64,000 nt of DNA. Origin: Eledone cirrhosa (Eukaryota). Position numbers and translations under genes: made by a program. The notes beneath the pieces are model-generated. The model did not search any database and was not told the origin of the DNA. It saw only the letters and a list, made by a program, of their open reading frames with translations. The stretch is from assembly GCA_964016885.1 (NCBI GenBank), contig OZ024740.1, forward strand, positions 57,474,001-57,538,000. Reading direction: 5' to 3'. Shown here piece by piece: positions 40,805-53,729 of this stretch (within the stretch, counting starts at the first letter, position 1; every line of letters starts with the position of its first letter).

Positions 40805-41115
40805 TTTCTTTATTGGCCACAAGGGCTAACATGAAGAAAAACATTACAGACGGCACAGAATGGTACAGGACGATACAAAGTGGGTTTTGGCCGTGTAAAC
40901 AGGTAATAACAAGATAGAAATAGGGATAGAATTCAAACAACAAAAATTCCCAAAAAAGGGGGAAACCTCCAAGGGTCCCCAAAAAGGAGGAAACCACACA
41001 AAAGACCACGGCCACCCTGACCACCAGGGCAAGCGCCCTCTTTCAGTTTTCCCACTCCTCAGTCTACAGGCACATACGCAGAGCGGGCCCGTTCACTCGG
41101 ACCAGACTCGCCACT
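40805..41115 (-). mobile_element. Tx1/L1-like LINE 3' end
   Basis: Reverse complement resembles 62950-63243 ('VA..RVNGP' and AATAAAGAAAC) with a (TTA)n tail. Related + strand pieces at 44421-44790 and 58490-58835. Confidence 0.7.
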
Positions 41116-41442
41116 TATTAGATTTATTGTTGGTTTATTATGCAAATTAGTGTCGGAAAGGTTTAAATAACAGTATATTTAAATTAAGCCGTTGGAATAG
41201 ACAATAAACCAACAATAAATCTAATAGACAATAAACCAACAATAAATCTAATAACTCCACTATCCAGGAGATTCCAACCAGAATGGTTGCATTTTTTCAG
41301 GGTATGTCAATATTTATTTATAAAACTAACCTATATTATATTTTATCTGATGAAAGCGCACAATAGTTTGCCTTGGTAGCCCTTGAAATATGTAATATGA
41401 AATAAATATGGTTTTATAAATATAGTTTCCATTTGTTAATAT

Positions 41443-41482
<40 letters not shown>

Positions 41483-41504
41483 TATAAATATATATATATA
41501 TGTT

Positions 41505-41537
<33 letters not shown>

Positions 41538-41788
41538 GCTGACAAAATAACTATGTAGCTTGTGCCTCTTCCTATCTACGGTTAGCTTTTCTCTTTGTTG
41601 TTTACTTGTCTCACTCGCTTTACGCGTTTTAATTGTCCTAATAACTTAATTTAGTTATTATTGCACCAACGTGAGGTATATGATTTTTAATGCAATGAAA
41701 TATCTATGATCGTTGGCAAATCACTGATGAGGGACTCATTTTATAACATGTTATCCATGTGCAACCTGCAGTATTCTTCTCCCCATTT

Positions 41789-41825
<37 letters not shown>

Positions 41826-41855
41826 AACATATATATATATATATATATATTTATA

Positions 41856-41892
<37 letters not shown>

Positions 41893-41977
41893 GAATAAAT
41901 GAACAGAGAACAAAAAACAGAGAGGCAGTACAAATGATATGGTTTTTAGTTTCACGCTTGAGAGAAACATATATATA

Positions 41978-42912
41978 TCTACATATATAAAACTGAGGAT
42001 GTCTGTCTGTGTGTGTGTGAGTTCGAATCCCTAAAACTCGAGAACCTCCCAACCGACTGTTTTCAAACTTTACACATGTAATACTTATGTTTCAGGGAGT
42101 GTTCTGAGCAAAAATAATTTCTAATTTTCAATGCCCTAGGGACCGCATTAGGCGATTTAGTGATCTCGCTCTATAATTCTTAGTCTTTCTCTTTTTAGAC
42201 AGATACATACTGATAACGTCGCACCCTTATAATATCTGTCTGTATATCTGACTGTCTGCATTACGTCACTTCCCTGAGGATGTCTGTGTGTGTGTGTGTG
42301 TGTGTGTGTTTTTGAGTTTGAATCCCTAAAATTTGAGAAGTACGCAACCGATTTTTTTCAAACTTTACATGTGTATTACTTATGTTTCAGGGAGTGTTAC
42401 GCACATAAAAGAATTCCACTTTTTTATCTCCTAGGGCCCGCATTAGGTGAAAAACTGCGTTTTTTAACATTTTTAGGTTTTTTTTAGGCGTTACGTCAGA
42501 CCGATTTCCTTGAAATTGTAACTATGTATTAGTCAGTCTCTTCTTCATACCGTAAGCAAAGAAAATCCAACTTTCTTATGGCCTAGGGCCTGCATTAGGT
42601 GAAAAACTTCATTTTTTCAGCTTCTTAGGGCTTTTTGGAGGCGTTACATCTAGCCGATTTTCCCAAAATTTCAAGGCATATTATTATGCACATAAACAAT
42701 TCGTTTTCTTGATCCCCTAGGGCCCGCATTAGGTGAAAACCTGCATTTTTCCTGTTTCATCAAGGAAAATCTTAAAGATTATCCAGCCATCACAGTATTC
42801 GGTTTATTTTCTTTGCATATTGTCCAGGAATGCAGTTTTTCCACGATTAGGTCTATTGGCGGCCCGCGTTCCAAAATACCTTATCCTGTGCAACGCCGGG
42901 TACCACTGCTAG
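41978..42912 (+). mobile_element. Non-autonomous Helitron-like element
   Basis: 5' TCTACATATATAAAA + (GTCT)(GT)n; repeated 'tagggcccgcattaggtgaaaa' modules; 3' hairpin CCTGTGCAACGCCGGG, then CTAG|T. Confidence 0.78.
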
Positions 42913-43058
42913 TATAATAATATATAATATATATATATCATCATCATCATCATCACAGTTTTATGTCCGTTCTTTCACGTTAGCATGGCTTAGACGGGTT
43001 GTCCTGTTTTGGGCAGTGGGCGGTTGGCTGACCTTGTCTTGCTCATATATATATATAC

Positions 43059-43114
<56 letters not shown>

Positions 43115-43916
43115 TAACAATATTTCACATCTGTTAAATTTGTTTATTACAGTTGGTCAATTGAATCTTGTTCTTCTTCTATGTTAGTGTATCCTGCAGT
43201 CGATTACTATTTACAATCACCATCTTACACAATTCATTATGTTCAGCAATTAAAACATCATTTGAATAATCCACTTAGTGATTTGTTTGCTCTGTCGTCA
43301 GGTTTTTTCAAATTCCTTAAATAAATCAATTGTTTAATTACTTTTTAAGTACCTAGGTCATCTGTATGTATATATATATATATATATTCACACACATAAA
43401 CACACACACACACACACACAAGCACAAACACACATGAACACACACACAAACACATACACACACACACAAGCCCAAACACATACACACACACACACAAGCA
43501 CACACACACATAAACACACACACAAACACAAACACATACACACACAACACACTCCATTTCTGGATTACATAAGGAAACAACACTAAGAATCAAGCTAGCA
43601 GACTTCCAACTGCTTCCATTCCAAACATAGTAGTGCTAGGTTTAGATCACCTGTTCTTTCTCGGACTAATCTAATATATTTCTCTCTATCATTGATTTCT
43701 ATTTTATTATTATAGAGGAACCACCTACCTTTCTTTTAATTTTATTATCTTCCTTATTTTTTAACATTGTTAACATTTGTTAACAAGCAATCCCCCCCCC
43801 CCCCACACACACAGACACACACTCACCAACACACACCAACACACACACACATATACACACTATGTGTTCACCCTATACTGTCATAATATTTTTCTTGATG
43901 TAAACCCTTTGTAGTT

Positions 43917-44077
43917 TATACGTCCCTTTACACTCCGAGTTCAAATCCCGCTGAGGTTAACTTTACCTTTCATCCTTACAAGGACGATAAAATAAAGTAC
44001 CAGTAATGCACTGGGGTCGATTTAATCGACTTTCCCCTCCCCTTCAAATTGCTGGCCTTGTGCCTAACGTAGAAACA

Positions 44078-44113
<36 letters not shown>

Positions 44114-44955
44114 TTATCATTATAATTTTGTTTTTGTTTTTTACACGCAGAAATGTCCATTTGTATCGTCGTCCTGTACTGTCCTTAATGTTATACTTTA
44201 TGTCAACCCTTGTGGTTAATAAAGAAAGTATTTTGGCAGTACCGGTAGAGAGTCGGACGCCATGCTTTCCAGCATAGTTACGTCCCTTTACGGTCTGAGT
44301 TCAAATCCTGCCGATGTTCAATTTGCCTTTCATCCTTACGGGGTTTGATAAAATAAACTACCAGTAATGCACTGGTTAATTGCTGGCCTTGTGCCAAAAG
44401 TAGAAACAATTATTATTATTTTGAGAGGGAAGTGCTCTCTTCCCAGCATTTTGTTGAAAGATGGGTGAGAGAAGCAAGAATGGCCCGAGTGAATGGGCCT
44501 ACTCTGAGTATGTGCCTGTAAATTGAAGGTGGAAAACTGGGAGAAGGCACTTGCCCTGGTGGTCAGGGTCACCGTGGCTTTTTTTAATGGGCTTTCTCCA
44601 CGATGGCCCTCAGAAGTCTCCCCCTATTGGGGAATTTTTCATTGTTCCTTTTTTGTTACATCCTCTGTTTTTGTTATTTTACACGCAGAAATGCCCATTT
44701 GTACCGTCCTGTATTGTCCTGTATTGTCCTGTACTGTCCTTAATGTCTTACTTTGTGTAAGCCCTTGTGGTTAATAAAGAAAGCATTATTATTATTATTA
44801 TTAAAACCCTCGAAGTTAATCCCGTCAAGGTTAACTTTGCCTTACATCCTTACGGGGTTGATAAAATAAAGTACCAGTAATGTACTGGATAATTGCTGAC
44901 CTTGTGCCACAAGTAGAAACAATTATTATTATTATTATTATTTATTATTATTATT
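43917..44955 (+). mobile_element. Cluster of three SINE copies and a Tx1-like 3' end, chained through (ATT)n tails
   Basis: 'gagttcaaatccc...ggttaactttgcctttcatccttac...aagtaccagtaatgcactgg' recurs. Confidence 0.82.
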
Positions 44956-45311
44956 GTTCTTTGAGTCTCAGTCATTGATGTTATTTAACTGGAAAGTTTA
45001 TTGAAATGAATATCAAGCCACTACCTGCAGCCTCAGATATTCAGGACGTATCGGAGGGTTCTTGCTATTCCCAGCAAGCGTGCCTTTTGAAGTGTTCCAA
45101 AAAGCGGGGCAGGGCCAATTTTCTTTAACCATCCCTGGAAACTTTTTGAGATAGTACCTAGTGCGCCTATGACAATCGGGACCACTTTGACTTCATGGCA
45201 GTTCCAAATCCTTTTTACCTCCCACTTTAAGTCCTGGTATCGGTTAACCTTCCCCCTCTCCTTCTCCTGCACTATCGTGTCGAATGGGCAGGCCACATCC
45301 ACAATCAGGCT
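44956..45311 (-). mobile_element. R4/Dong-type non-LTR element 3' end (restriction-like endonuclease domain)
   Basis: LIVDVACPFD...EK..K..RYQDL..E...W...VVPIVIGALG...LQKA.LLG.AR.LR.VL; (TAA)n on both sides. Confidence 0.85.
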
Positions 45312-45639
45312 ATTATTATCATTATTATTATTAGTCTTATTTGTATTGCATATTGTCAATGCAGTGTTGTTTTTGGTATTGCTGTTTCTATTGTATTGGC
45401 AGTACTCTGTGTGTGTGCGCTGTTAGTAGCGAGAAGCACTATTTTCTGTATGCTGTATATATTTGTAAGTCCTGGAGTTTTGCTTCTGGCTATCTGTTTT
45501 TCTATCATTTTGTTGTTGTTGTTGTTGTCGTTGTTGTTTTGTGTGTATTTCGTTGACTCCTCTCTTCCATCACATGTATTTGTGAGAACATATATACATG
45601 TATGTGTGTGTGTGCATATATATGTCTGTGTATGTATAG

Positions 45640-46041
45640 ATGACCACTTAGCCTTTGTCAAGGCAGAATTCTAGGAGAAGGAAAACTCTGATATAACACC
45701 TGCAACCCTGATGGTATCCAATGATGTTGACTTATTCTTCTTTTTGGTAAATATCATCTTGGTTAAGAGAGTGGGACTGGCTTTGTGCAGTGCCTTTGCT
45801 CACTATAAAAGCTTCACGGCACAGGCATTGCTTTGTATCTGGAGATCTCTCTGCACTTGTCGTCACATGGTACCAAAGGCAAAGCACTATGTGTCAATAA
45901 TTGTCACAAGTGTAGTGTTTGTACCAGAGTTTTCAAGTCGCTGGCTGGACTAAAAAGTCACACTCGTTCAGCGCATCAGTAGGAGTTTTCCTACATGGAT
46001 ATAAAGTAGTGGCCGTACTCGAAAACGAGTTGGCAGCCACC
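45640..46041 (+). mobile_element. Partial copy of the non-autonomous BovB/RTE-like unit
   Basis: Near-identical to 49700-50101. Confidence 0.85.
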
Positions 46042-46047
46042 ATATAT

Positions 46048-46127
<80 letters not shown>

Positions 46128-47777
46128 ATGTATGTATGTATGTATGTATGTATGTATGTATGTATGCATACACACATACACCCAGACACATATATATATC
46201 ATCATAATTGCCATCCCCAATTAACATCTATTTTCCATGCTTGCATGTATTATATATATATGTGAGTGTGTGTGTATGTATATATATATATATATATATA
46301 TATAGGACCCTTTGCTAACATGTGGTAGGTGGTAATGAAAATCGTGTTTATGAACAGTTTTCCATAAATTTGGTGACAAATAGAATTATGCCAACAAACG
46401 ACTTACCTACAAAAATAACAAATGAAAAAGTAAGGTAATTATACATAACTATAGTTTAGTGTGTCCTCTTCCTGAGAATTTCTTTTCTCATAGCCTCCTT
46501 AAGAATGATTTTTGTAATTTTTTCTTTTTAATTTTTTTGAGGTGTTTTTTTTTTTATAATGTAGGCATTCGTTATGTCAATGAAATACATTTAAAAAATT
46601 AATGAAATTTGTTTATTACTATCATTATCGATGGGGTCGTTAAAATAAAGTACTAGTAATGTACTGGGATAATTGCTGGCCTTGTGCCAAAAGTAGAAAC
46701 AATTATTGTATAGATCCATTTGGTAATGTTTTCCTTTACTGAATTCCTTTGATATGCATTTGTGGTAGGTTAAACGTAAATTTGGAAATTATTTCATTAT
46801 GCCTACCAATTTCATATTGACACTGAGTAATTTCATGTTAATAATGAATAACATCAACCAAGATAATGTCACAGATTTTCTGTAGGCAAATAATGTAATG
46901 TCATTTCTACAAATGTGTTTATATACAATCAAATGTGTTTATATGCAATCAACATATCAAAGCATTGCTATCAAAGAAAAAATAAATGTTCATTATGAAA
47001 ACCTTATTTTTCTGTTTTTTTACTCTGTGAATATGTCACAGATATCTTAGTATCTGTTGAGAATGCCAGACAGCTGTTTCAAGATTCATTAATCTCTCAT
47101 CAGTGATATTTATTCAACTGGTACTCAGATGAAAATAGACTAGAACTTATATAAACTTTGCATATTGAACATTTGCTGCAAATGCTCATTTGCATATCAT
47201 GTGAACTTGGCTGGTTATAATTAATTACCAGTAGCACTAAGCTATCTTAGTACTACTGCCAATTAATATGTGTGTATGTATGTATAAGGTGGTGAATTAG
47301 CAGAGTTGTTAGAACATTGGAAAGAATGCTTTGCAGTACTCTCTGCTCTCTAAATTTAAAGCCCGCTGAGGTCAACTTTGCCTGCCATCCTTTCAAAATC
47401 GCTTAAAAAAAAAAGTACCAGTGCCAAGGTCGATTCTTCCTCTATATTTCTTTCTCACTTTCTCTCATTCTCTCTCATTTTCAACCCTTCTCTGGAAGAA
47501 ATTTGCTGTGTTCAGACCTGGAGAGGGATGGGCTCTGCCAGGCTTAAAATACCCAAGAAATGTATACTGGAGTTACACGACTATCATATCATATATCATA
47601 CGCACATATATATTACTCTTTTACCTGTTCCAGCCATCCGGCTGAGGCCATGCTTGGGCACCGCCCATATATATATATATATATGTATATATATAGTGGT
47701 AGAACACTGGAAGGTAATATCCGTAGTGGTAGAGCACTCAGTCCATGGGACGAGTTCGGTAGAACTCGTTAGACAAA

Positions 47778-47847
47778 AGTTAGTTCACCATACCGAGCTG
47801 AGGATCCGCTAAGGTGAAACAATTGTTCTCGGTATTGTGAAGTAACT
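47778..47847 (+). ncRNA. Type-I hammerhead ribozyme motif with long stem I
   Basis: AGTTAGTTCACCATACCGAG-CTGAGGA-T-CC(GCTAA)GG-T-GAAA-CAATTG-TT-CTCGGTATTGTGAAGTAACT; stem I pairs at 18 of 20 positions; stem-III segment is palindromic. Confidence 0.8.
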
Positions 47848-47894
47848 GTTGTGTAACCACTTCTATATATATATATATATATAAATATATATAT

Positions 47895-48803
47895 ATCATC
47901 ATCATCACCGTTTTACGTCCATTCTTCCACGCTAGCATGGGTTAGACAGGTTGTCCTGTTGTGGGCAGTGTCCGGTCGGCTGACCATGCCTTGCTAATAC
48001 GGGAACTGATTCTGGCTTGATTTCTACAGCTGGATGCCCTTCCTAACACCAACCTCATTTACAGTGAGTGCTGGGTGCTTTTTTTCCGTGACGCCGACAC
48101 ATCCACTTTACAGTGGAATGATAGGGACTCCGGTCCTATCATCTCATTTCTACAGCTGAGTAAACTGGAGCAATGTGAAATAAAGTGTCTTGCTCAAGGA
48201 CACAACACATCACTCGGTCTGAGAATTGCAAGACCAATGCTCTAACCACTAAGCCATGTGCCTCCATTATATCATATATGTATATATATATATATATAGC
48301 CATATATATACATATATATATCGTGTAGGTGTCACGACAAAAAAACACACAGTCCACGCTGTAATGTGGCCGTGTAGGCAACACGGTAAAAACCTCCCAG
48401 TCCCACACTGTAAATGTGGTTGGTGTTAGGAAGGGCATCCAGCTGTAGAAAACCCGCCAGACAGTCCTATGCGAGCAAGACAACCACTCTTGCCTCAAGT
48501 GGGAAAACTCCCGTCCAAACCCATGCAAGCGTGGAACATGGACGTTAAACGATGATGATGATGATGATGATGATATATATATATATGATATAATGGAGGC
48601 ACATGGCTTAGTGGTTAGAGCATTGGCCTTGCAATCGAAAGGTTGTGAGTTCAATTCTCAGACCGAGTGGTGTGTTGTGTCCTTGAGCAAGACACTTTAT
48701 TTCACATTGCTCCAGTTTACTCAGCTGTAGAAATGAGATGATAGGACTGGGGTCCCTATCATTCCACGGAAAAAAAACACCCAGCCCACACTGTAAAGTG
48801 GAC
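47895..48803. mobile_element. Head-to-head pair of tRNA SINEs (47895-48268 minus; 48594-48803 plus) around an RTE 3' UTR (48321-48573)
   Basis: ATGGAGGCACATGGCTTAGTGGTTAGAGC head in both orientations. Confidence 0.82.
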
Positions 48804-48804
48804 A

Positions 48805-48833
<29 letters not shown>

Positions 48834-48835
<2 letters not shown>

Positions 48836-50120
48836 CAGGTCACCAGTTGGTGCTACTGGTAACATGTATCCCAGTACAACCTGTCTCATAGTCGAGTCAT
48901 TGGCGACTAAACTGGCAACCCCACCAAGGTTTCTTGGCGAGGAGGGTGACTTTGGACATCCTGCAGGACTAAAAACAAAACCTGTCAAAGGGCAAAGGAG
49001 CTCTTAAGAGTCAATGGCCATCCAAAATCACCAGGAGAGATGACCCCTTAGCCTTTGTCAAGGCAGAATTCTAGAAGGAAAACTCTGATATAACACCTGC
49101 AACCCTGATAGTATCCAATGATGTTGACTTGTTATTCTTTTTGGTAAATATCATCTTGGTTAAGAGAGTGGGACTGGCTTTGTGCAGTGCCTTTGCTCAC
49201 TATAAAAGCTTCACGGCACAGGCATTGCTTTATATCTGGAGATCTCTCTGCACTTGTCGTTACATGGTACCATGGGCCCAGCACTATGTGTCAATAATTG
49301 TCACAGGTGTAGTGTTTGTACCAGAGTTTTCAAGTCGCTGGCTGGACTAAAAAGTCACACTCGTTCAGCGTATCGGTAGGGGTTCTCCTACATGGATATA
49401 AAGTAGTGGCCGTACTCGAATACGAGTTGGCAGCCACCATGTATGTATGTATGTATGTATGTATGTATGTATGTATGTATGTATGTATGTATGTCAGGTC
49501 ACCACTTGGTGCTACTGGTAACATGTATCCCAGTACAACCTGTCTCATGGTCGGGTCGTTGGCGACTAAACTGGCAAACCCACCAAGGTTTCTTGGTGAG
49601 GAGGGTGACTTTGGACATCCTGCAGGACTAAAAACAAAACCTGTCAAAGGGCAAAGGAGCTCTTAAGAGTCAATGGCCATCCAAAATCACTGGGAGAGAT
49701 GACCCCTTAGCCTTTGTCAAGGCAGAATTCTAGGAGAAGGAAAACTCTGATATAACACCTGCAACCCTGATGGTATCCAATGATGTTGACTTGTTATTCT
49801 TTTTGGTAAATATCATCTTGGTTAAGAGAGTGGAACTGGCTTTGTGCAGTGCCTTTGCTCACTATAAAAGCTTCACGGCACAGGCATTGCTTTGTATCTG
49901 GAGATCTCTCTGCACTTGTCGTCACATGGTACCAAAGGCAAAGCACTATGTGTCAATAATTGTCACAAGTGTAGTGTTTGTACCAGAGTTTTCAAGTCGC
50001 TGGCTGGACTAAAAAGTCACACTCATTCAGCGCATCGGTAGGGGTTCTCCTACATGGATATAAAGTAGTGGCCGTACTCGAAAACGAGTTGGCAGCCACC
50101 ATGTATGTATGTATGTATGT
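48834..50120 (+). mobile_element. Tandem dimer of a ~607-bp non-autonomous RTE/BovB-like unit separated by (TATG)n
   Basis: Units 48834-49440 and 49493-50102; period 659 bp. Confidence 0.88.
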
Positions 50121-50602
50121 ATTTTACAATTTTAAATTGTAAAATACATATACAAACATATATATATATATAGAGAGAGAGAGAGATAGATAGATATAGA
50201 TATATGTGTGTGTATGTATGTATGTATATGTATTTTAAAATTTGTCAAGGCATTTGGATGATTTGAAATTTGAAATGTTGAAATCTAACATAGATTTGCT
50301 ACACTGATAACAGCAATAGAAAATTAGATAAAATACCCTTAGAGATAAAAAACAAACAAAAAAACAGTGGCCAGCAGCCGCACACCATCTTGGAGGTGTG
50401 GGTCTTGAATCTTCGCAGGCACCTCAATCCACCTTTTTCTATCTCCAGGTTAATATAAGTGATTTTCCCAAGTTTTATTACTAGTAATCGACTATTTCTT
50501 ATATTCATTTACATTGGGGTGGCTACATTTCGAATTTCAAATTTTCCCAATGTTTTATAACTCAACTGGATGTTCACACATCAAGCTGCAGGCTTAAAAT
50601 GA

Positions 50603-50604
50603 AA

Positions 50605-50643
<39 letters not shown>

Positions 50644-51590
50644 GTGGTAGTGGTTTTGGTGGTGGTGGTGATGGTGGTGATGGTGGTGATGATATGATGG
50701 TGTTGGTGGTGGTGGTGGTGGTGGTGCTGGTGGTGGTGATGATATGATGGTGTTGGTGGTGATGGTGATGGTGTTGGTGGTGGTGGTGATGATATGTTGG
50801 TGGTGATGGTGGTGGTGGTGGTGGTGATGATACGATGGTGTTGGTGGTGATGGTGATGGTGGTGGTGGTGGTGGTGGTGGTGATATGATGGTGTTGGTGG
50901 TGATGGTGATGGTGTTGGTGGTGGTGGTGATGATATGTTGGTGGTGATGGTGTTGGTGGTGGTGGTGATGTGATGGTGTTGGTGGTGATGGTGATGGTGT
51001 TGGTGGTGGTGGTGATGGTGTTGGTGGTGGTGGTGATGATATGATGGTGTTGGTGGTGATGGTGATGGTGGTGGTGGTGATGATGATGGTGTTGGTGGTG
51101 ATGGTGATGGTGTTGGTGGTGGTGATGATGTGTTGGTGGTGATGGTGATGGTGTTGGTGGTGGTGGTGATATGTTGGTGGTGATGGTGATGGTGTTGGTG
51201 GTGGTGGTGGTGGTGGTGATGGTGGTGATGGTGGTGGTGGTGGTGGTGGTGGTGATATGATGGTGATGGTGATGGTGTTGGTGGTGGTGGTGATGATATA
51301 ATGGTGTTGGTGGTGATGGTGATGGTGGTGATGATATGATGGTGTTGGTGGTGATAGTGTTGGTGGTGATGGTGATGGTGATGGTGTTGGTGGTGGTGGT
51401 GATGGTGATGATATGATGATGTCGGTGGTGATAGTGATGGTGTTGGTGGTGATGGTGATGGTGTTAGTGGTGATGGTGATGGTGTTGGTGTTGGTGGTGA
51501 TGGTGGTGATGATATGATGGTGTTGGTGGTGATGGTGATGGTGTTGGTGGTGATGGTGTTGGTGGTGGTGGTGATGTTGACGATGATGTT
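50603..51590. repeat. ~1-kb compound (GGT/GAT/GTT)n trinucleotide tract
   Basis: Directly visible; explains the His/Pro/Thr-rich 350-aa ORF. Confidence 0.95.
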
Positions 51591-51987
51591 ATTGTCATCA
51601 TCATTGTCAGCTAACATTATGTGCACTATAGGTTGTAATGAAACAATCTCCCATACATCTTAGTTTCCAGTCTACTCTTACAATATTTATCTTATTCCTT
51701 GCCATGGATTCTTCTGTTGGTTCTTCTGTTGGTTCTTCTGTTGGTTCTTCTGTCATGTTTGCTGTGTTTCTGGGCACAGAAATGATGTTGATACAGAATC
51801 TACTGTTTATTTCTTTACAGTAGTAAGAATGGTTAAGCATCAACATAGCATGCCATCGGGCATACTACAAATACACATGGTTAATTCTAGCCAAATTCTT
51901 TAATATATAGAAAAAGTCAACAGCTAACACCTATATCTACATGTATGTCTATATGATACATGTATGTGCTTATATGCAGGTTTGTGG

Positions 51988-52018
<31 letters not shown>

Positions 52019-52351
52019 CATACACACACACACACACGCACATATATATATATATATTATTATAAATGTAAGCTATCGCCGTATTTTGACTAAAGAAATT
52101 CCTAACACCAACCTCATTTACATTTCCAGTGAGTACTGGGTGCTTTTATGCCGTGGCACCTCCACGACCACTTTGCAGTGGAATGATAGGGACCCCAATC
52201 CCTATCATCTCATTTCTACAGCTGAGTAAACTGGAGCAATGTGAAATAAAGTGTCTTGCTCAAGGAAACAACACATCACCCGGTCTGAGAATTGAACTCA
52301 CAACCTTTTGATTGCAAGGCCAATGCTCTAACCACTAAGCCATGTGCCTCC

Positions 52352-52900
52352 ATATAATAATAATAATAATGAAAATTATTTTGTACAGTCCTCAAGTGCA
52401 CTACAACTCATCAAAGGTGCATTTATAGTACATAGAATAATGTACAAATGTCAGGAAAGTGAACAGTGTATGAGTCATGATATACACACAGATACATGTG
52501 TGTGTGTGTATGGAGGAGGGATATCAAGTGTAAGGTTGCCGAATTTCGGGAAACATCGAAGTTTTGAAGGTTGCAGTGTCTCGATAGCTAACAACCAATG
52601 CAGGTAGTTTGTTCCATGCACCAACACTACCACTTTACAGAATGAGATAGGTGTATGTCCATTACGACATTAGGGTGTTATAGGTATAAAGGGAGGAGAT
52701 GCATGTGGCGTGCCAAAGAGTTGGGGGTGGAGGGGTCATTCGCCCAGAGGAGAGCAAGGTTACCAAAGGAGGGTTGGTCATTCTTCAGTAGGAGAGCAAG
52801 TGCGAGGTCATGGAGGTGGTTTTGAAGAGATTAGGTTGTATCTGGAAGTATATTGTGGGGCATATCTGGATTTCCCATGGTCATTCATGACTGAGACTGA
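52352..52900 (-). mobile_element. LINE 3' end (CR1/L2-like)
   Basis: Shares about 160 bp with 1468-1630 and has a (TTA)n tail. Clade assignment is tentative. Confidence 0.55.
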
Positions 52901-53047
52901 AGGAGGTCCTTACTCTTATATATATAAACATATATATTTTTTTTTTTCAAGAGATGGCAACATGAATGGACCTGTTATTTTTCTCTGAAAACATTTTTTC
53001 TGATTCCGCCCTGCTCATCCCTTCGATCTTTCTAATTTCTCATTCTT

Positions 53048-53083
53048 TCTTCTGATGAAGGATTAGTGTCCGAAACGTTAAGA
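53048..53083 (+). ncRNA. Minimal type-I hammerhead motif in pLTR-like repeat 52958-53167
   Basis: TCTT-CTGATGA-A-GGAT(TAGT)GTCC-GAAA-CG-TT-AAGA; palindromic AACGTT. Confidence 0.75.
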
Positions 53084-53168
53084 CCCTCTTCCTGCTATTT
53101 CAAGCATTAAACTAATATATTCCTTCTATATACTGTACCGTTTTTGTTGTTATTTCTGTTTACCTTTT

Positions 53169-53204
<36 letters not shown>

Positions 53205-53525
53205 GGGTGTGGTAACATACCAGGTGAACCATAACGCACCAGAGTACTCGATACTTGGGGTAGTAGAGTGGGTAATATGAAAAGATTCAGGACCTCGATG
53301 GCTGAGCTCCGGCCGTTTCGACAGCTAGATCTGGATCCAGCTGTCAAAACAGCTGGAGCCTGAATCTTTTCATATATATATATGTTTATATATTTATATA
53401 TATTTATACAATATGTATAAATATTTTGTATCTCCAAAGAAATACGGTTTTAGGAAGCCGTAGCTATGTAAACACTGGGGGGCTAACGCCCTCTGGTGAT
53501 GTCCAGCAGAAGCAAGGGAGACAAT

Positions 53526-53565
53526 CGTCTATGCATTTCAGGCTTAACTGGCCTTCGTCAGGACG
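53526..53565 (-). ncRNA. Minimal type-I hammerhead motif
   Basis: Minus strand: CGTC-CTGACGA-AGGC(CAGTTAA)GCCT-GAAA-TGCA-TA-GACG; palindromic ATGCAT. Confidence 0.8.
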
Positions 53566-53674
53566 GTCCCTCCCACCGCTTGCGACTGCTGGACTAGAAG
53601 ACAGGCGAGAATATATACTTTTCTCGTCTGTGTAAATGAGGTGATTAATCTCACTTGCATATTTTTTATATATT

Positions 53675-53728
<54 letters not shown>

Positions 53729-53729
<1 letters not shown>

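Noticed and set aside
48594-48670. tRNA gene
   Set aside because: The tRNA-like head runs straight into a SINE body, is multi-copy and lacks a clean acceptor stem.
48834-48920. HDV-like ribozyme at the 5' end of the BovB-like unit
   Set aside because: P2-like (CCAGT/ACTGG) and P4-like hairpins exist, but I could not build P1 and P3 by eye; left unsupported pending a motif search.
50249-50553. MITE bounded by imperfect ~29-bp inverted repeats
   Set aside because: AT-rich and degenerate, with no target-site duplication and no second copy in the window.
50574-51626. 350-aa His/Pro/Thr-rich ORF
   Set aside because: Translation of a trinucleotide tract; H, P and T runs swap with frame slips, and there is no splice or coding evidence.
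51607-51846. Minus-strand exon with (TEEP)n repeat
   Set aside because: Only a 12-bp unit repeated 3-4 times; no recognisable domain or convincing splice pair.
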